A stretch of DNA of 64,000 nt, taken from the IMG/VR virus record IMGVR_UViG_3300050343_000281, positions 1 to 64,000 of that record; one strand, 5' to 3'. The DNA is from a virus. Below the pieces are notes generated by a model. That model was given only the letters and a program-made list of their open reading frames with translations. It had not been told where the DNA came from and ran no database searches. This document shows positions 1 to 10,048 of the stretch, in pieces. A program made the translations under genes and the position numbers. Every line of letters starts with the position of its first letter. The first letter of the stretch is position 1.

Positions 1-93
1 AGGGGCAGGAGTGTCCTTTTCTACTATTACTGCATCTTGGGCATTACTTAGTGTTGAAGTGATCAACAATATCATTATCAGAAATTTTTTCAT
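1..93 (-). CDS. Secreted protein, N-terminal part (runs off window)
   Basis: Manual translation MKKFLIMILLITSTLSNAQDAVIVEKDTPAP, signal-peptide-like. Confidence 0.5.
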   Translation of the reverse strand, partial: MKKFLIMILLITSTLSNAQDAVIVEKDTPAP

Positions 94-213
94 TTTCTAT
101 CTCTTCTAGTTTTTTTTCAGTTTTTTCAATTTGTTCTTTTAAAAACTTCTCTTTAGTATCTACTTTTTTATTAAAACCTAGTAAATTTTTTATAAAGTTT
201 ATTATTTTTAATA

Positions 214-657
214 TCATAATTCTTCGTCCTTTGCTTCTGGACTATCATTTACTACCTCTTTGGTTTCAAAATCTTCTACTCTAATCAGATTTGAAATAAG
301 AACCATGGTGTCGTTTTCTTGGTCATAAAAGATACCATTATTAAAAAATTGATCCAAATAAGCCATAGTTTCTTTATTTAATTGTGTCTTTTTATCTAAA
401 GATTCATGCATTACTTTTATTAAATCATCTCTTTCTTCTATGGCTTTTCTTAAATTTTCTATGTCAGAATTTAATACATCTATTTGATTTTTCAAATCCT
501 TATCTTGAGCAGAATATTCTTCTATAAGAGTTCCCTTCTTATCTAGAGCTTCTTTATACTTTTCATTAGATATTCTTATTTTTCTTTTTAAATAAGATAT
601 TGAGTACAAAAGAAAGCCACAACTAATAAATAAAATAATTCCTATTAAAATTTCCAT
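214..657 (-). CDS. Membrane-anchored coiled-coil hypothetical protein
   Basis: N-terminal hydrophobic helix followed by coiled coil. Confidence 0.6.
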   Translation of the reverse strand: MEILIGIILFISCGFLLYSISYLKRKIRISNEKYKEALDKKGTLIEEYSAQDKDLKNQIDVLNSDIENLRKAIEERDDLIKVMHESLDKKTQLNKETMAYLDQFFNNGIFYDQENDTMVLISNLIRVEDFETKEVVNDSPEAKDEEL

Positions 658-660
658 AAA

Positions 661-867
661 TTAACCTCTATTTAACTCTTTTTCTATTTCTTTTCTAATA
701 GGGGTATTAGCTGTCATATATTTTAAAGTACCTTTTAAAAGCCTTCTATAGTGACTTTTTTTAACATCAAGTTCTATTTCTAGGGATGTCAATTTTTGCA
801 AAGTATTTTTTAACATAATCATAAGTATGAGTATAATTACTGCAGGAATTGCTACTATAACATCCAT
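661..867 (-). CDS. Small membrane protein
   Basis: N-terminal TM helix, tightly packed with neighbours. Confidence 0.55.
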   Translation of the reverse strand: MDVIVAIPAVIILILMIMLKNTLQKLTSLEIELDVKKSHYRRLLKGTLKYMTANTPIRKEIEKELNRG

Positions 868-870
868 ACA

Positions 871-1116
871 CTATCCTTTGGGTTTCTTTTCTAATAAAGA
901 CTTTTCATAAAATAATTTTCTAAGTTCTTTATGTAATTGAATTATGTTTAGTACTTTATTTATTTTTTTAGTATTTTCTTCAAGTTTAGAAGAAAACATA
1001 GCTTCTTCGGAAACAAAAGTTGCTAATCTCCTAGCTTGCTTTAGTCCTAACTGAGTCTGCTCTAGTTTTCTTAACTCTTTTTTAGCTTCTTCATATGACA
1101 AAAACTTTTTGTTCAT
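871..1116 (-). CDS. Hypothetical protein
   Basis: ORF with RBS, co-oriented with neighbours. Confidence 0.55.
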   Translation of the reverse strand: MNKKFLSYEEAKKELRKLEQTQLGLKQARRLATFVSEEAMFSSKLEENTKKINKVLNIIQLHKELRKLFYEKSLLEKKPKG

Positions 1117-1572
1117 TTTTTATTACCTTTTTCTTTTATCTGTAAGTATGCACTTCTAGCAAAACATCCTAGGGCCATACCCTGAAGAAATACTCCATCT
1201 TGTAGATAGTTTAATACAAATCCTACATAAAGTCCAGCAAAAAGAAACAAGTATCCTAATTTATCTTCCTTTCTCATTTTCAATCCCTTGATTTTATTAA
1301 ATATATAGACGTAGAAAAAAAACTAAGTAATGGAGTAATTAACAAAAAAGAAACAGCTTTTATAGTTAGTCCATTTTGTAAAGCTTCGTTAAATCCTATT
1401 AAAAAAGTGTAAAGGGATATTAAAAAAGATGTTAAGTAAAGTATCATATTTTTTCCTTAGTTTAGTTTATTAGATTTTATATACTCTTGCTTGAGTATTT
1501 TATATAATTCTGGGTATTTTTCTATTAACTCATTAAACATCCATATTGCCATTTTTATTTTATTTGTATATA

Positions 1573-1842
1573 TCAACTAGCCCTCTTTAGACATTGTTTT
1601 TGTGATTTTATAGAAAGCCCGCCTTTTACATTACCTACTTTTTCTTTTACAAAATCTCCCACTAAGTAGTAGTATAAGTCGTTGCTATGGACCAGTAATC
1701 TTTTACAAGCTACTGCATGGTGCCCACAATTTGTACAGATTTCATTTTTGTCAACAATTACTAGTCTATAGGAAGTCCTACCTTCTTTTACTCTCCTATC
1801 ATTTTCTTTATTATTTAAACAGGTACAATAAAAATAAGCCAT
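1573..1842 (-). CDS. Zn-finger-like hypothetical protein
   Basis: CTC and CTNC motifs. Confidence 0.55.
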   Translation of the reverse strand: MAYFYCTCLNNKENDRRVKEGRTSYRLVIVDKNEICTNCGHHAVACKRLLVHSNDLYYYLVGDFVKEKVGNVKGGLSIKSQKQCLKRAS

Positions 1843-1987
1843 TTATTTTCCCTTTTGTTTTTCTAATAAAAATATAACACAAGTAACTAAAACTAACAAG
1901 CTACAAATTATAATTTTATCATCGTCTAAATAAAGCCCACGTAAAAAGCTCATAAAAGAAAATAAACTATAAATATATAACTTCATA

Positions 1988-2542
1988 TTATGAGCCTAAT
2001 CTCCAAATTATTTCATTATATTTATATTTTGGTAAAGATATTCCATTTTTAGAACATAAAGCATTATCTAAAAATTGTATTCTATATTGAGGATATAAGT
2101 GTATATTACCTTCTTCAGACTTTATAACATGAAACATTTTCCATTCTGTAGGATCTCTACTCAAGTCTTGATTTCCTATATGGTCAATAGTAAATAAATA
2201 CTCCCCTTTTATCAACTCTCCAGAGTCTAATTTTAAACTACACGGCATATATAACAAAGTGTCAAATTGTATAATTTGTATTTCAGAACTAATACTATCC
2301 CACATTTGACAATCTATTAACTCTCTATTTGGAGCATCTTCTTCAAAGCAAATAGCATGTGCTGGAAGTCCTGTAAACAAAGCACCAGTTTCTAACAATA
2401 CTTGAAATTGCATAGCTTGATTCTGTAAAGATCTAACTCCGATTAATCTTCCCCAGGTTTTGCCATTATATTCTGGATCATCTTCAAAGTGAGTAAATTT
2501 ATTTCTTACATATACTCCAATAGGAGGTAAGTTTACATTCAT
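1988..2542 (-). CDS. Phage hypothetical protein
   Basis: 184-aa ORF downstream of polA. Confidence 0.7.
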   Translation of the reverse strand: MNVNLPPIGVYVRNKFTHFEDDPEYNGKTWGRLIGVRSLQNQAMQFQVLLETGALFTGLPAHAICFEEDAPNRELIDCQMWDSISSEIQIIQFDTLLYMPCSLKLDSGELIKGEYLFTIDHIGNQDLSRDPTEWKMFHVIKSEEGNIHLYPQYRIQFLDNALCSKNGISLPKYKYNEIIWRLGS

Positions 2543-2695
2543 TTTATATCCTACATACTTCTTCTTAAAGTATCTCTTATAGTCTCATGAACAGTCTGTT
2601 CATAGAACACTTTAGTCTTTGTTTTAAATCTCCAATTAGAATCTTCTCCAATTGCTACTATTGTAATAAATAATATTAAAAACATACCATCTCCT

Positions 2696-4969
2696 TTAAT
2701 GTCCATCTGCTAAATTTTTTGCTATTTCTGCAGGAGCTTTTAACTCTAAACTTAGCTTATAATTACTTTCCATAATTTCTTGAACTAATAATCTACACTC
2801 TTCTTCTTTTTCTACAGGTACGTTTACTACTAATTGATCATGAATTTGTAAAGATACCCATCCATTAATACCTTTTTTAATAAGCTCTCTATTTATTTCA
2901 ATAGCCGCCATATTAACTATACTAGCAGAAAGGCTTTGTATTTGGAAGTTTTTAGCATTATTAAGACCATTTTTATAATCTTTATACATACAATAAACTT
3001 CTTCTTTTCCATACTTTTTAGATATTTTATTTCTATATTTAAAATCCAATAACTTATCACCATGGATTTTATACAAATATTTTACTTTATCTAGATGTCT
3101 TTTTCTCCCCACTTCTGATTGAACATATCCTAAATGTCTCGCCATATCTTCAGAATTATCCATCCACTTTCTTAAATCTGGAAATCCCGATAAATAGCCC
3201 TCTATAAGTTCTTCAGCTTCTTCTGTATCAATCCCTAAAGTTTTACCTAGAGCAAAGCCTTTCATTCCATAAGGTACTCCTAAAGAATAAGCCTTGGCTT
3301 TTTGACGTAAAGGTTTATCCACTTTACCTAAATAATTATCAGCTTTTTTATCAGCACTAACTCCAGTAAGCCCTTCTGTAGCAATGGCAATAGTAGAATA
3401 AAAGTCATGTCCTTTTCTAAATATATCCCTTAATCCTTCATCTCCAGAAACATGAGCAAAAACATGCGGTTCTAAAGATTCGTAGTCATTGTCTATAAAA
3501 GATCTTCCATCTCCAGAAATAAAAAACTTTCTGATAATATTGTTATATTTTAAAACTAATGGGTCAAGTTCCCCTTCTTCTTTAGGTCTATTTAGCTGCT
3601 GCATATCGCTTCCATATCTTCCACTTATAGTTCTATGTTGAAAGAAACTAGGGTAAAATATACCATCTTCTTGAGCATCTAAAAACCTATCAATATAAGC
3701 ACCTTTTATTTTAACAAGTTTATTATAGTTACCTAACTTTCTAGCCCACTCAAGTTCCAATTCTTCCAGCTTTTGTATCATAATATCATTAAACTGAGGA
3801 GATCCTTTATCAGTTTTAGATACAGGTTCTATGTTCATAAAATCAAATACTATTTCTGCTAGTTGTTTTTTAGAACTTATGTTTAATAATTTACCCTCTT
3901 TATCAAGATGCATTTGGTATTGGATATTATAAATATCTTCTGCTTTTAATTCAGAATTACCTAGTAAAAAACCAGTAGCTATACAAGGTCTTTCTTGTTT
4001 TATAGATTTTTCTGTTAGACTATACTTTCCAGATTTAGTTTTAGGTATGTTTAAGTCAAAATATTCACAAACATATTGTCCAAACTTTCCTTTGTTGTTA
4101 ACAGGGTACTTTTCATTTAAGTACCAATTTAACCATGACTGCCCTGCATCTGTATTCATTATGTCATCAATTACTTCTTTTTCAAGCTTTAACATATCTT
4201 TTATTATACCTTTTTGGGTATAATTAATAAGATCTAGATCAAGAGCTATTCCTTTTTCTTCCATTTTAATAGTAACTTCTTTATACAAAGGCATTACTTC
4301 TTTATCATAAAATAACTCTTCAAGTCCCTCTTCAGCTAGTTTATCAGCAAACAACTCACCCAGTCTTAAAGTCAGATCAACATCGGCACAGGCATAAATA
4401 CCAATATCATATAAATCGGCTTTATATAGTTCATAGTTAGTTTTAGTAGAACTTCCACCATTTTTCTCTATACTAGATTTTAGTGCTAATTGTTCTTCGT
4501 TAGCTTCTTTTTCCATATCAAGACCTATCTGCTCTTGGTACTCAATAGCTACGTCTTTTAGTCTAAAGTTACCTTCTTCCTGGACCGTATGTTTCATTAA
4601 CATTATATCTGCTAAAAGGGAATTAGTAAGATCTAGTCCTAAATCATTCTTTACAATACGAATATCATAACTAGCGTTCCACATTAATAAGTCTTTTGAA
4701 GCTAATTCATGTAGCAAAATAAAATGGTCTACTGAATTATTTATGGGATGTTTTTTTAATTCCTGTGAATCAACGTCATAGTAGTATAAAGGCATATAAT
4801 ATCCTTTTCCTATTTCTCCAGAAAAAGAATATCCTATTACTTTATCTTTTCTTACATTAAGTCCTGTAGTCTCAGTATCAAATGCAAGGTAATCACAACT
4901 ATTTATATGATCAATAGCTTTTTTAAAGTCATGTATATCTGTAATTATTTTATAATCTTTTTTAACCAT
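2696..4969 (-). CDS. polA: DNA polymerase family A with 3'-5' exonuclease domain
   Basis: ExoI FDTETTG; motif A DYESLE; motif B RQKAKAYSLGVPYG; motif C QIHDQ; HRTISGRYGS. Confidence 0.96.
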   Translation of the reverse strand: MVKKDYKIITDIHDFKKAIDHINSCDYLAFDTETTGLNVRKDKVIGYSFSGEIGKGYYMPLYYYDVDSQELKKHPINNSVDHFILLHELASKDLLMWNASYDIRIVKNDLGLDLTNSLLADIMLMKHTVQEEGNFRLKDVAIEYQEQIGLDMEKEANEEQLALKSSIEKNGGSSTKTNYELYKADLYDIGIYACADVDLTLRLGELFADKLAEEGLEELFYDKEVMPLYKEVTIKMEEKGIALDLDLINYTQKGIIKDMLKLEKEVIDDIMNTDAGQSWLNWYLNEKYPVNNKGKFGQYVCEYFDLNIPKTKSGKYSLTEKSIKQERPCIATGFLLGNSELKAEDIYNIQYQMHLDKEGKLLNISSKKQLAEIVFDFMNIEPVSKTDKGSPQFNDIMIQKLEELELEWARKLGNYNKLVKIKGAYIDRFLDAQEDGIFYPSFFQHRTISGRYGSDMQQLNRPKEEGELDPLVLKYNNIIRKFFISGDGRSFIDNDYESLEPHVFAHVSGDEGLRDIFRKGHDFYSTIAIATEGLTGVSADKKADNYLGKVDKPLRQKAKAYSLGVPYGMKGFALGKTLGIDTEEAEELIEGYLSGFPDLRKWMDNSEDMARHLGYVQSEVGRKRHLDKVKYLYKIHGDKLLDFKYRNKISKKYGKEEVYCMYKDYKNGLNNAKNFQIQSLSASIVNMAAIEINRELIKKGINGWVSLQIHDQLVVNVPVEKEEECRLLVQEIMESNYKLSLELKAPAEIAKNLADGH

Positions 4970-5205
4970 TAGTCCTCAAATTCGTCATCATGCCAGTATA
5001 GTAAGTAATATCCTAATAAAGCCTGTCTTTCTTCTTCGGTTATTTCTCCCTTTTTTAAATAATTACCTATAATTTTACTTATTTGAGGATGCCTATCGTG
5101 GTCTAAATGTAGTATTTCTTCCATGAGATAATCATCGTCCATATCATACACTTCCATGAACAACTTCCACATTTTAACATTGCTCAATCCAGAATTAACG
5201 TCCAC
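4969..5205 (-). CDS. Hypothetical protein
   Basis: Start/stop overlaps with neighbours. Confidence 0.6.
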   Translation of the reverse strand: MDVNSGLSNVKMWKLFMEVYDMDDDYLMEEILHLDHDRHPQISKIIGNYLKKGEITEEERQALLGYYLLYWHDDEFED

Positions 5206-5660
5206 TAGATCTCCTTCATCTGCTTAACATACTTTTTAAAATTATATTTATTACACCAAATCCCTGTATCTTTATAGTGCATAAAATTATCAGCACATCC
5301 CCAACTGTCTACTTTATTTATATGACCTATTTTTTTATAACAATGAGCTATTTCATGTGCTATCAGTAAAATTCTACCATGATAATTTAATTTATTCCAG
5401 CTTTTTTTATTAACTATTACCTCTCCTCTAAAAAAATAACAAGTTGCCAATACTCCATCTTTTTGACTACCAAAGTTAATGTTAAGATTAGTTCCATCTA
5501 GATTGCCATCAGATAACTCTTTAGTTTTTAAAACATAAAACATTAGAGAAGATTCTATTCCTGATTTTAATGGAACAAATGTTACTAAACTACTAAAAGT
5601 GATAGCAAATATCGCTAGTAATAACATAATTCTTCTAATTGGTAATTTCTTTAAATTCAT
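5205..5660 (-). CDS. Membrane-anchored zinc metallopeptidase (metzincin-like)
   Basis: HEIAHCYKKIGH, downstream NFMH Met-turn, N-terminal TM. Confidence 0.75.
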   Translation of the reverse strand: MNLKKLPIRRIMLLLAIFAITFSSLVTFVPLKSGIESSLMFYVLKTKELSDGNLDGTNLNINFGSQKDGVLATCYFFRGEVIVNKKSWNKLNYHGRILLIAHEIAHCYKKIGHINKVDSWGCADNFMHYKDTGIWCNKYNFKKYVKQMKEI

Positions 5661-5976
5661 AACAAAGTACTTTCTTTTTTATTTTATCAGTATTTATAAT
5701 AGTAGCTTTTGCTAAAGTATAGTAATCTGTACTAATGCACTTTCCGTGAAATGGAAGTAAAAAGTACCTTTTAGCAGAGGATTCATGCATTAAGTTAGTT
5801 AATATAGTATCTTTATCTTGTTCTTCATGCTCTCCAGTAGCAAATTCAGTATATATTTCTACTTCATTACTTTTACCAATAAACATTAAATCTACTTTAA
5901 TTTTTGTCAACTCTACTTCTTTTTCTACTTTTATTGGATACTTTTCTTTTTCTTTGTTAGTAAAGTAATTTATCAT
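5635..5976 (-). CDS. Hypothetical protein
   Basis: ORF overlapping neighbours. Confidence 0.55.
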   Translation of the reverse strand: MINYFTNKEKEKYPIKVEKEVELTKIKVDLMFIGKSNEVEIYTEFATGEHEEQDKDTILTNLMHESSAKRYFLLPFHGKCISTDYYTLAKATIINTDKIKKKVLCYEFKEITN

Positions 5977-6323
5977 ATATTTTCCTTTTTTTTATCACAG
6001 ATCTTACAATAGTAAAATTGCTGAGAAAGTCCTAAATAATATTGCCATTCATGGCTACAATTGTCTTTATTTAGTTCTCTGTCTATATTAAAATCTTCTA
6101 CAAAAGATATTATATCAAAATTTTCCATGTTTCTGTTTGAATATTTACCATCTGCGTAATGCCAAGTTCCGTTTACTATGTAATTTTTTCCTGGGTCGTG
6201 TTTAACAAAAACTGGCATGGTAGAATCATCAAATACTGTTATTTTACCTTTTGTATTATCTTTTAATATAACATATTTTCCTAAATCGTCTTTAGTTATA
6301 TTCATATTACCTATTAACTCCAA
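5973..6323 (-). CDS. Hypothetical protein with C-terminal CxH..CxxC zinc ribbon
   Basis: CSHEW...YCKIC. Confidence 0.6.
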   Translation of the reverse strand: MELIGNMNITKDDLGKYVILKDNTKGKITVFDDSTMPVFVKHDPGKNYIVNGTWHYADGKYSNRNMENFDIISFVEDFNIDRELNKDNCSHEWQYYLGLSQQFYYCKICDKKKENI

Positions 6324-6783
6324 AAACTTGATTATAGTATTTATTTTCGTATTTTTTAAAACATCTTGAACTAAACAAAGATCGGTACATAATTGAAACA
6401 GGACATTTATCTTTTAATAGTTTATTAGTATGTTCTAAGTTTTTATCACAATGTCCTATTTCGTGAATAAGTACCAACTTTTTTTGTACCTCTGAAGTTC
6501 TATCCCACTCTTTTCTGTTTATGTATATTACATTAAGAGCGTTTGTTTTATATTTTTTACATATAGCAACGTATTTATCTTCCACTTCTTTAAATTTTAT
6601 AGGAGTTTTTGTACTTATTTTAAATTCTCTTAATTTAGCCTTTATGTAAGGGTCTGTTTTGTTATTGTCCATTTCAATACCTATAGTCGGCTTTACGGCA
6701 CATGAAGCTATAAAAAAGAGTAAAAAAAATCGCACCATTAAAATTCTCCCTGTTTCACAGACGATCTTTTTATATAATATCAT
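6307..6783 (-). CDS. Lipoprotein zinc metallopeptidase (metzincin-like)
   Basis: Lipobox-like FIASC; HEIGHCDKNLEH; CPVSIMY Met-turn. Confidence 0.75.
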   Translation of the reverse strand: MILYKKIVCETGRILMVRFFLLFFIASCAVKPTIGIEMDNNKTDPYIKAKLREFKISTKTPIKFKEVEDKYVAICKKYKTNALNVIYINRKEWDRTSEVQKKLVLIHEIGHCDKNLEHTNKLLKDKCPVSIMYRSLFSSRCFKKYENKYYNQVFGVNR

Positions 6784-6817
6784 TTTATTTAAAAAAAATC
6801 AAAGGTGAGGGTAAGAT

Positions 6818-7201
6818 TTATTTTAAAGTTGTTATTTTACCTTTTGGTTTTTTTTGTAAAGAGTCAATATATTTTAATACCTCTTTAACTTCTTCTTTAC
6901 TTATTTCATGTTCTGGCATTATAGTAGGTTTGTATAATTCATAGACCTTAACTGCAGTTTGGTCTGGCTTTTCATAGCCTTCCTCTTCTTCGTCTCCAAA
7001 AATCATGCCTTCTGGGTAATTTATAAACTTTACTATCCAATCAACATCTCTTCTTTTAGATAACTCAGCTAAGTCTGGACCTATTTTATCACCTTCTCCA
7101 ACACTATGACAGGCTGTACAGTTTTGATTAAAATAATTTTTACCATTAAAAGCAAATACTTGATTTGTTAAAATAATATACAAAAAAATAAAATATTTCA
7201 T
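6818..7201 (-). CDS. Class I monoheme cytochrome c
   Basis: Signal peptide; CTACH heme motif; IGPDL; distal MP axial Met. Confidence 0.9.
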   Translation of the reverse strand: MKYFIFLYIILTNQVFAFNGKNYFNQNCTACHSVGEGDKIGPDLAELSKRRDVDWIVKFINYPEGMIFGDEEEEGYEKPDQTAVKVYELYKPTIMPEHEISKEEVKEVLKYIDSLQKKPKGKITTLK

Positions 7202-7211
7202 AATAGCTCCT

Positions 7212-7790
7212 TTATATATCTTTCATTTTATTATATAAAAAGTGATGAAATCTAGCCGTGTTTAATGCGTCAATAACGGCATTATGTTTTCCACTACCTT
7301 GCCAAGTTAATCCACATCTTTTCATACATTTTGACAGACCTCCACTTCTATTTAATCCATTTGCTTCTGCATACATTTGATACAAATGTTTTATATTCAT
7401 TCCAGATCTTCCAAATTGCCATTCTACATCAGGAAGTTCTTTTCTAAGACAGTCCATGTCTCCTCCTCCCCACTGTTTGATTACTCTAGGAAAGTTATAT
7501 TTTTTTTGAAGATCTACCAATCTATTGTAAGATTCTTCTAAAGTTATTCCAGATTTTATATCATCGTCAGATATTTTTGTTAATTTTTTTATGAACTCAG
7601 AAAGTTTAACACCAATGTTAATGAAATCACTTACTTCTTCCAATACCTTAAACTCAGGTTCTATTTCGTATATAACGTACCCTACTTGAATTATCATCTC
7701 TTTATTTAACTGAGAGTCGGGAGTTTGGTGGTTTGTGTGTGGCTGTTCTAATTCTAGGTCAATGCAGCAGTGTATTTTGTTAGTGTTCAT
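7212..7790 (-). CDS. DEDDh 3'-5' exonuclease (ERI-1-like)
   Basis: IDLE, WGGGD and HNAVIDA motifs. Confidence 0.85.
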   Translation of the reverse strand: MNTNKIHCCIDLELEQPHTNHQTPDSQLNKEMIIQVGYVIYEIEPEFKVLEEVSDFINIGVKLSEFIKKLTKISDDDIKSGITLEESYNRLVDLQKKYNFPRVIKQWGGGDMDCLRKELPDVEWQFGRSGMNIKHLYQMYAEANGLNRSGGLSKCMKRCGLTWQGSGKHNAVIDALNTARFHHFLYNKMKDI

Positions 7791-8032
7791 TCTAAATCAT
7801 TCATATCTATACTATGTAACTCTAGTATAGAGTGAATCTCCTCTCTAATAGATTCTACAGTTAGTAAGGCAGTATTAGAATCTTCTTCCATTGGTAATTC
7901 ATACTTTATTTTTTGCCTAAGCATATTGTCGATATCGTGCAAACATAAATATGCATCTGTAGCAGAAACGCATCTTTTATGAGCTTTTCTATCGCTTGGA
8001 TCGTCTAGGTCAAATTCTAATTTAGCTTTCAT
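7787..8032 (-). CDS. Phage hypothetical protein
   Basis: MKAKLEFDL start typical of a recurring small phage family. Confidence 0.65.
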   Translation of the reverse strand: MKAKLEFDLDDPSDRKAHKRCVSATDAYLCLHDIDNMLRQKIKYELPMEEDSNTALLTVESIREEIHSILELHSIDMNDLE

Positions 8033-8336
8033 AATCTACCTTAAATTCATCATAATTTTTAAAAACTTTAATAATATCTTTATTTTTTTCTTCTTCATCA
8101 AATATAAAAGGCATTACAAGAGTAGAACCGTAAGATTTTTTGTGACATTTATAAACTGATCCGCTAAGTCCCTTAAGCAAGTAATAGTCTCCGTCTTCTT
8201 TTATGTTTTCAATTCCGCTATTTAATCTCCAACTATCTCCGTCTAGATAGCCTCCTCTCCATCCTCCTAATACTTTGTAAGTAGTTTCATCATCTTTTTT
8301 AAACCTAACTATTAACGATCTATCAGGACAATACAT
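8022..8336 (-). CDS. Conserved phage hypothetical protein
   Basis: YKVLGGWRGGYLDGDSWRLNSGI motif typical of phage small proteins. Confidence 0.7.
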   Translation of the reverse strand: MYCPDRSLIVRFKKDDETTYKVLGGWRGGYLDGDSWRLNSGIENIKEDGDYYLLKGLSGSVYKCHKKSYGSTLVMPFIFDEEEKNKDIIKVFKNYDEFKVDYES

Positions 8337-8345
8337 AGCATCTCC

Positions 8346-8885
8346 TTAATCCCAGAATTTATCTAAATATTCTGACATTAACTTATCATACCTTTTTTTT
8401 CTACTTTTTGCAATTTCTAAGTCTTTTGCATAAGCTTTTTTAAATGCTTCTTTATTTTTTATACCTTCATTTAAGTTTTCTAGTAAGTTAAAATGTCCAT
8501 ATTTTTTATAATACAAAGACATATAGTATCCATCATTAAATTCGTTTTCTACCTTTCTTTTACACAACTCTTCTAGCTCATATAATTTTCTTATAAGTCC
8601 TCTTTTTCTTCCGCTATTCCACATAAGATGAGTTTTATCAGAGTCCATAAACTTTCTTACTCTTTTTATATGAGAATATATTAAAATATCTAGGCTGTCA
8701 GCGTCAAAGTCATGGGCTTTTGTACCAGCTTTCCCATAGTATATAAATTTATCTACGTAGTTATAAAATCTTTTTGGTAGCCAAATTAGATTATAAATAG
8801 GAAGAAACATATCACTATAATACATTCCTTTTAGCATTCCATACTCTTTTATACAATCTATTAGATCTTCATATAAATCTTTCAT
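8346..8885 (-). CDS. Hypothetical protein
   Basis: 179-aa ORF ending FWD. Confidence 0.65.
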   Translation of the reverse strand: MKDLYEDLIDCIKEYGMLKGMYYSDMFLPIYNLIWLPKRFYNYVDKFIYYGKAGTKAHDFDADSLDILIYSHIKRVRKFMDSDKTHLMWNSGRKRGLIRKLYELEELCKRKVENEFNDGYYMSLYYKKYGHFNLLENLNEGIKNKEAFKKAYAKDLEIAKSRKKRYDKLMSEYLDKFWD

Positions 8886-8886
8886 A

Positions 8887-9123
8887 TTATCTCCGTAAAT
8901 TCAAGTAACTTCCACCATTTTTTGAATTAACTAAGTTATTTTTTATACAAATAAATAATGCTTGCCCAGCTCTTTTTCCAGACCTACAAACTATGGTTAC
9001 ATTAGTGTCTTTATCCAGAGTTTTTATATAATCTTCAAATTCTTCTAAAGGTACATTTATAGATCCTTCAACATGGCCTTGTTCAAACTCTTCTTTACTT
9101 CTTACATCTATTACTAAACTCAC
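8887..9123 (-). CDS. Single-domain rhodanese (PspE-like sulfurtransferase)
   Basis: IDVRSKEEFEQGH and CRSGKR active loop; GTG start at 9123 after AGGAG preferred to the 9204 start. Confidence 0.88.
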   Translation of the reverse strand: MSLVIDVRSKEEFEQGHVEGSINVPLEEFEDYIKTLDKDTNVTIVCRSGKRAGQALFICIKNNLVNSKNGGSYLNLRR

Positions 9124-9124
9124 A

Positions 9125-10036
9125 TTATCTCCTAAAAATACTAGATCGCTTCTTTTTTGGTCTATTTTGTACTTTTTCTTCCTCTTTTCTCTTTTCCTGA
9201 CCATCTTTATAAGCCCTTTCTAGTAAATCCTCGTCATGAGCATCTAAGCTTTCAGGAGCTAATTCTTCAAATACTGCAGCTATATTCTGGAATGGTACAT
9301 TTTGTAGTGCTAATGTAAATATGAAACTGTTTGCTGAATTATGCCAAACTCCAGGAAGTCCTGTATTAGCTTCTCTAATGAAAAAATCTACTTGTTCTGG
9401 TATCTTTTCTCTAACTTCTCCGTATAAGGCTTTAACAATGTCCTCAACGTCTTCTCCTACTTCAATTGTATCTGAGTAGCTAAGTTTATTAAAAGTATCT
9501 GAGAGCTCAGGCTTAGGTTTTATGGGAGTATATAGGTTGCCGTCTATCCAAAAACCATCGTCCATTGTAGATCCATAGTAAAACCTCGCAAGGTCCTTGC
9601 ATTGTGAGTCTACGGGAAAGTATTCTGCTAATTTCATATAAGTTTCCTTATATTCATCAATATCGTATATAGCTCTTGAAAGAGGGAATATTAATCTAAA
9701 TTTATGATGAACTTCAGAATGACTAGTACTAGGCATACACAGTGCGCAAAGTTCCAACTTTTCTACTATTTTTTCAGCCTCATCTATAGTCATGCCGTCG
9801 TCTATATCAAACGCTATTAAATCTGTTTTTATAAAATCAGACTCTCTTCTATAATTTTCAAATATTAATGGACTCCAGGCATATTTAGTAATAATCTCTA
9901 TTAACTCGTTTTCGTTATCAAAAGAAATGGTCTTTGGATTATAAGGACTAGATGCAAATCTAGCATTTTTAACTTTTTCTTCCTTTGACTTAGGATGAGC
10001 TTTTGCTTTTGGGAATATAGAAAGTTTAATAGCCAT
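9125..10036 (-). CDS. Primase / prim-pol-like protein
   Basis: AFDIDDG, STSH..HHKFRLIFPL and CKDLARFYY motifs; close to the helicase. Confidence 0.75.
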   Translation of the reverse strand: MAIKLSIFPKAKAHPKSKEEKVKNARFASSPYNPKTISFDNENELIEIITKYAWSPLIFENYRRESDFIKTDLIAFDIDDGMTIDEAEKIVEKLELCALCMPSTSHSEVHHKFRLIFPLSRAIYDIDEYKETYMKLAEYFPVDSQCKDLARFYYGSTMDDGFWIDGNLYTPIKPKPELSDTFNKLSYSDTIEVGEDVEDIVKALYGEVREKIPEQVDFFIREANTGLPGVWHNSANSFIFTLALQNVPFQNIAAVFEELAPESLDAHDEDLLERAYKDGQEKRKEEEKVQNRPKKKRSSIFRR

Positions 10037-10048
10037 CTCCTTCCTTTT

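Noticed and set aside
9124-9204. Basic N-terminal extension of the rhodanese
   Set aside because: Overlaps the primase end; GTG at 9123 has a good RBS
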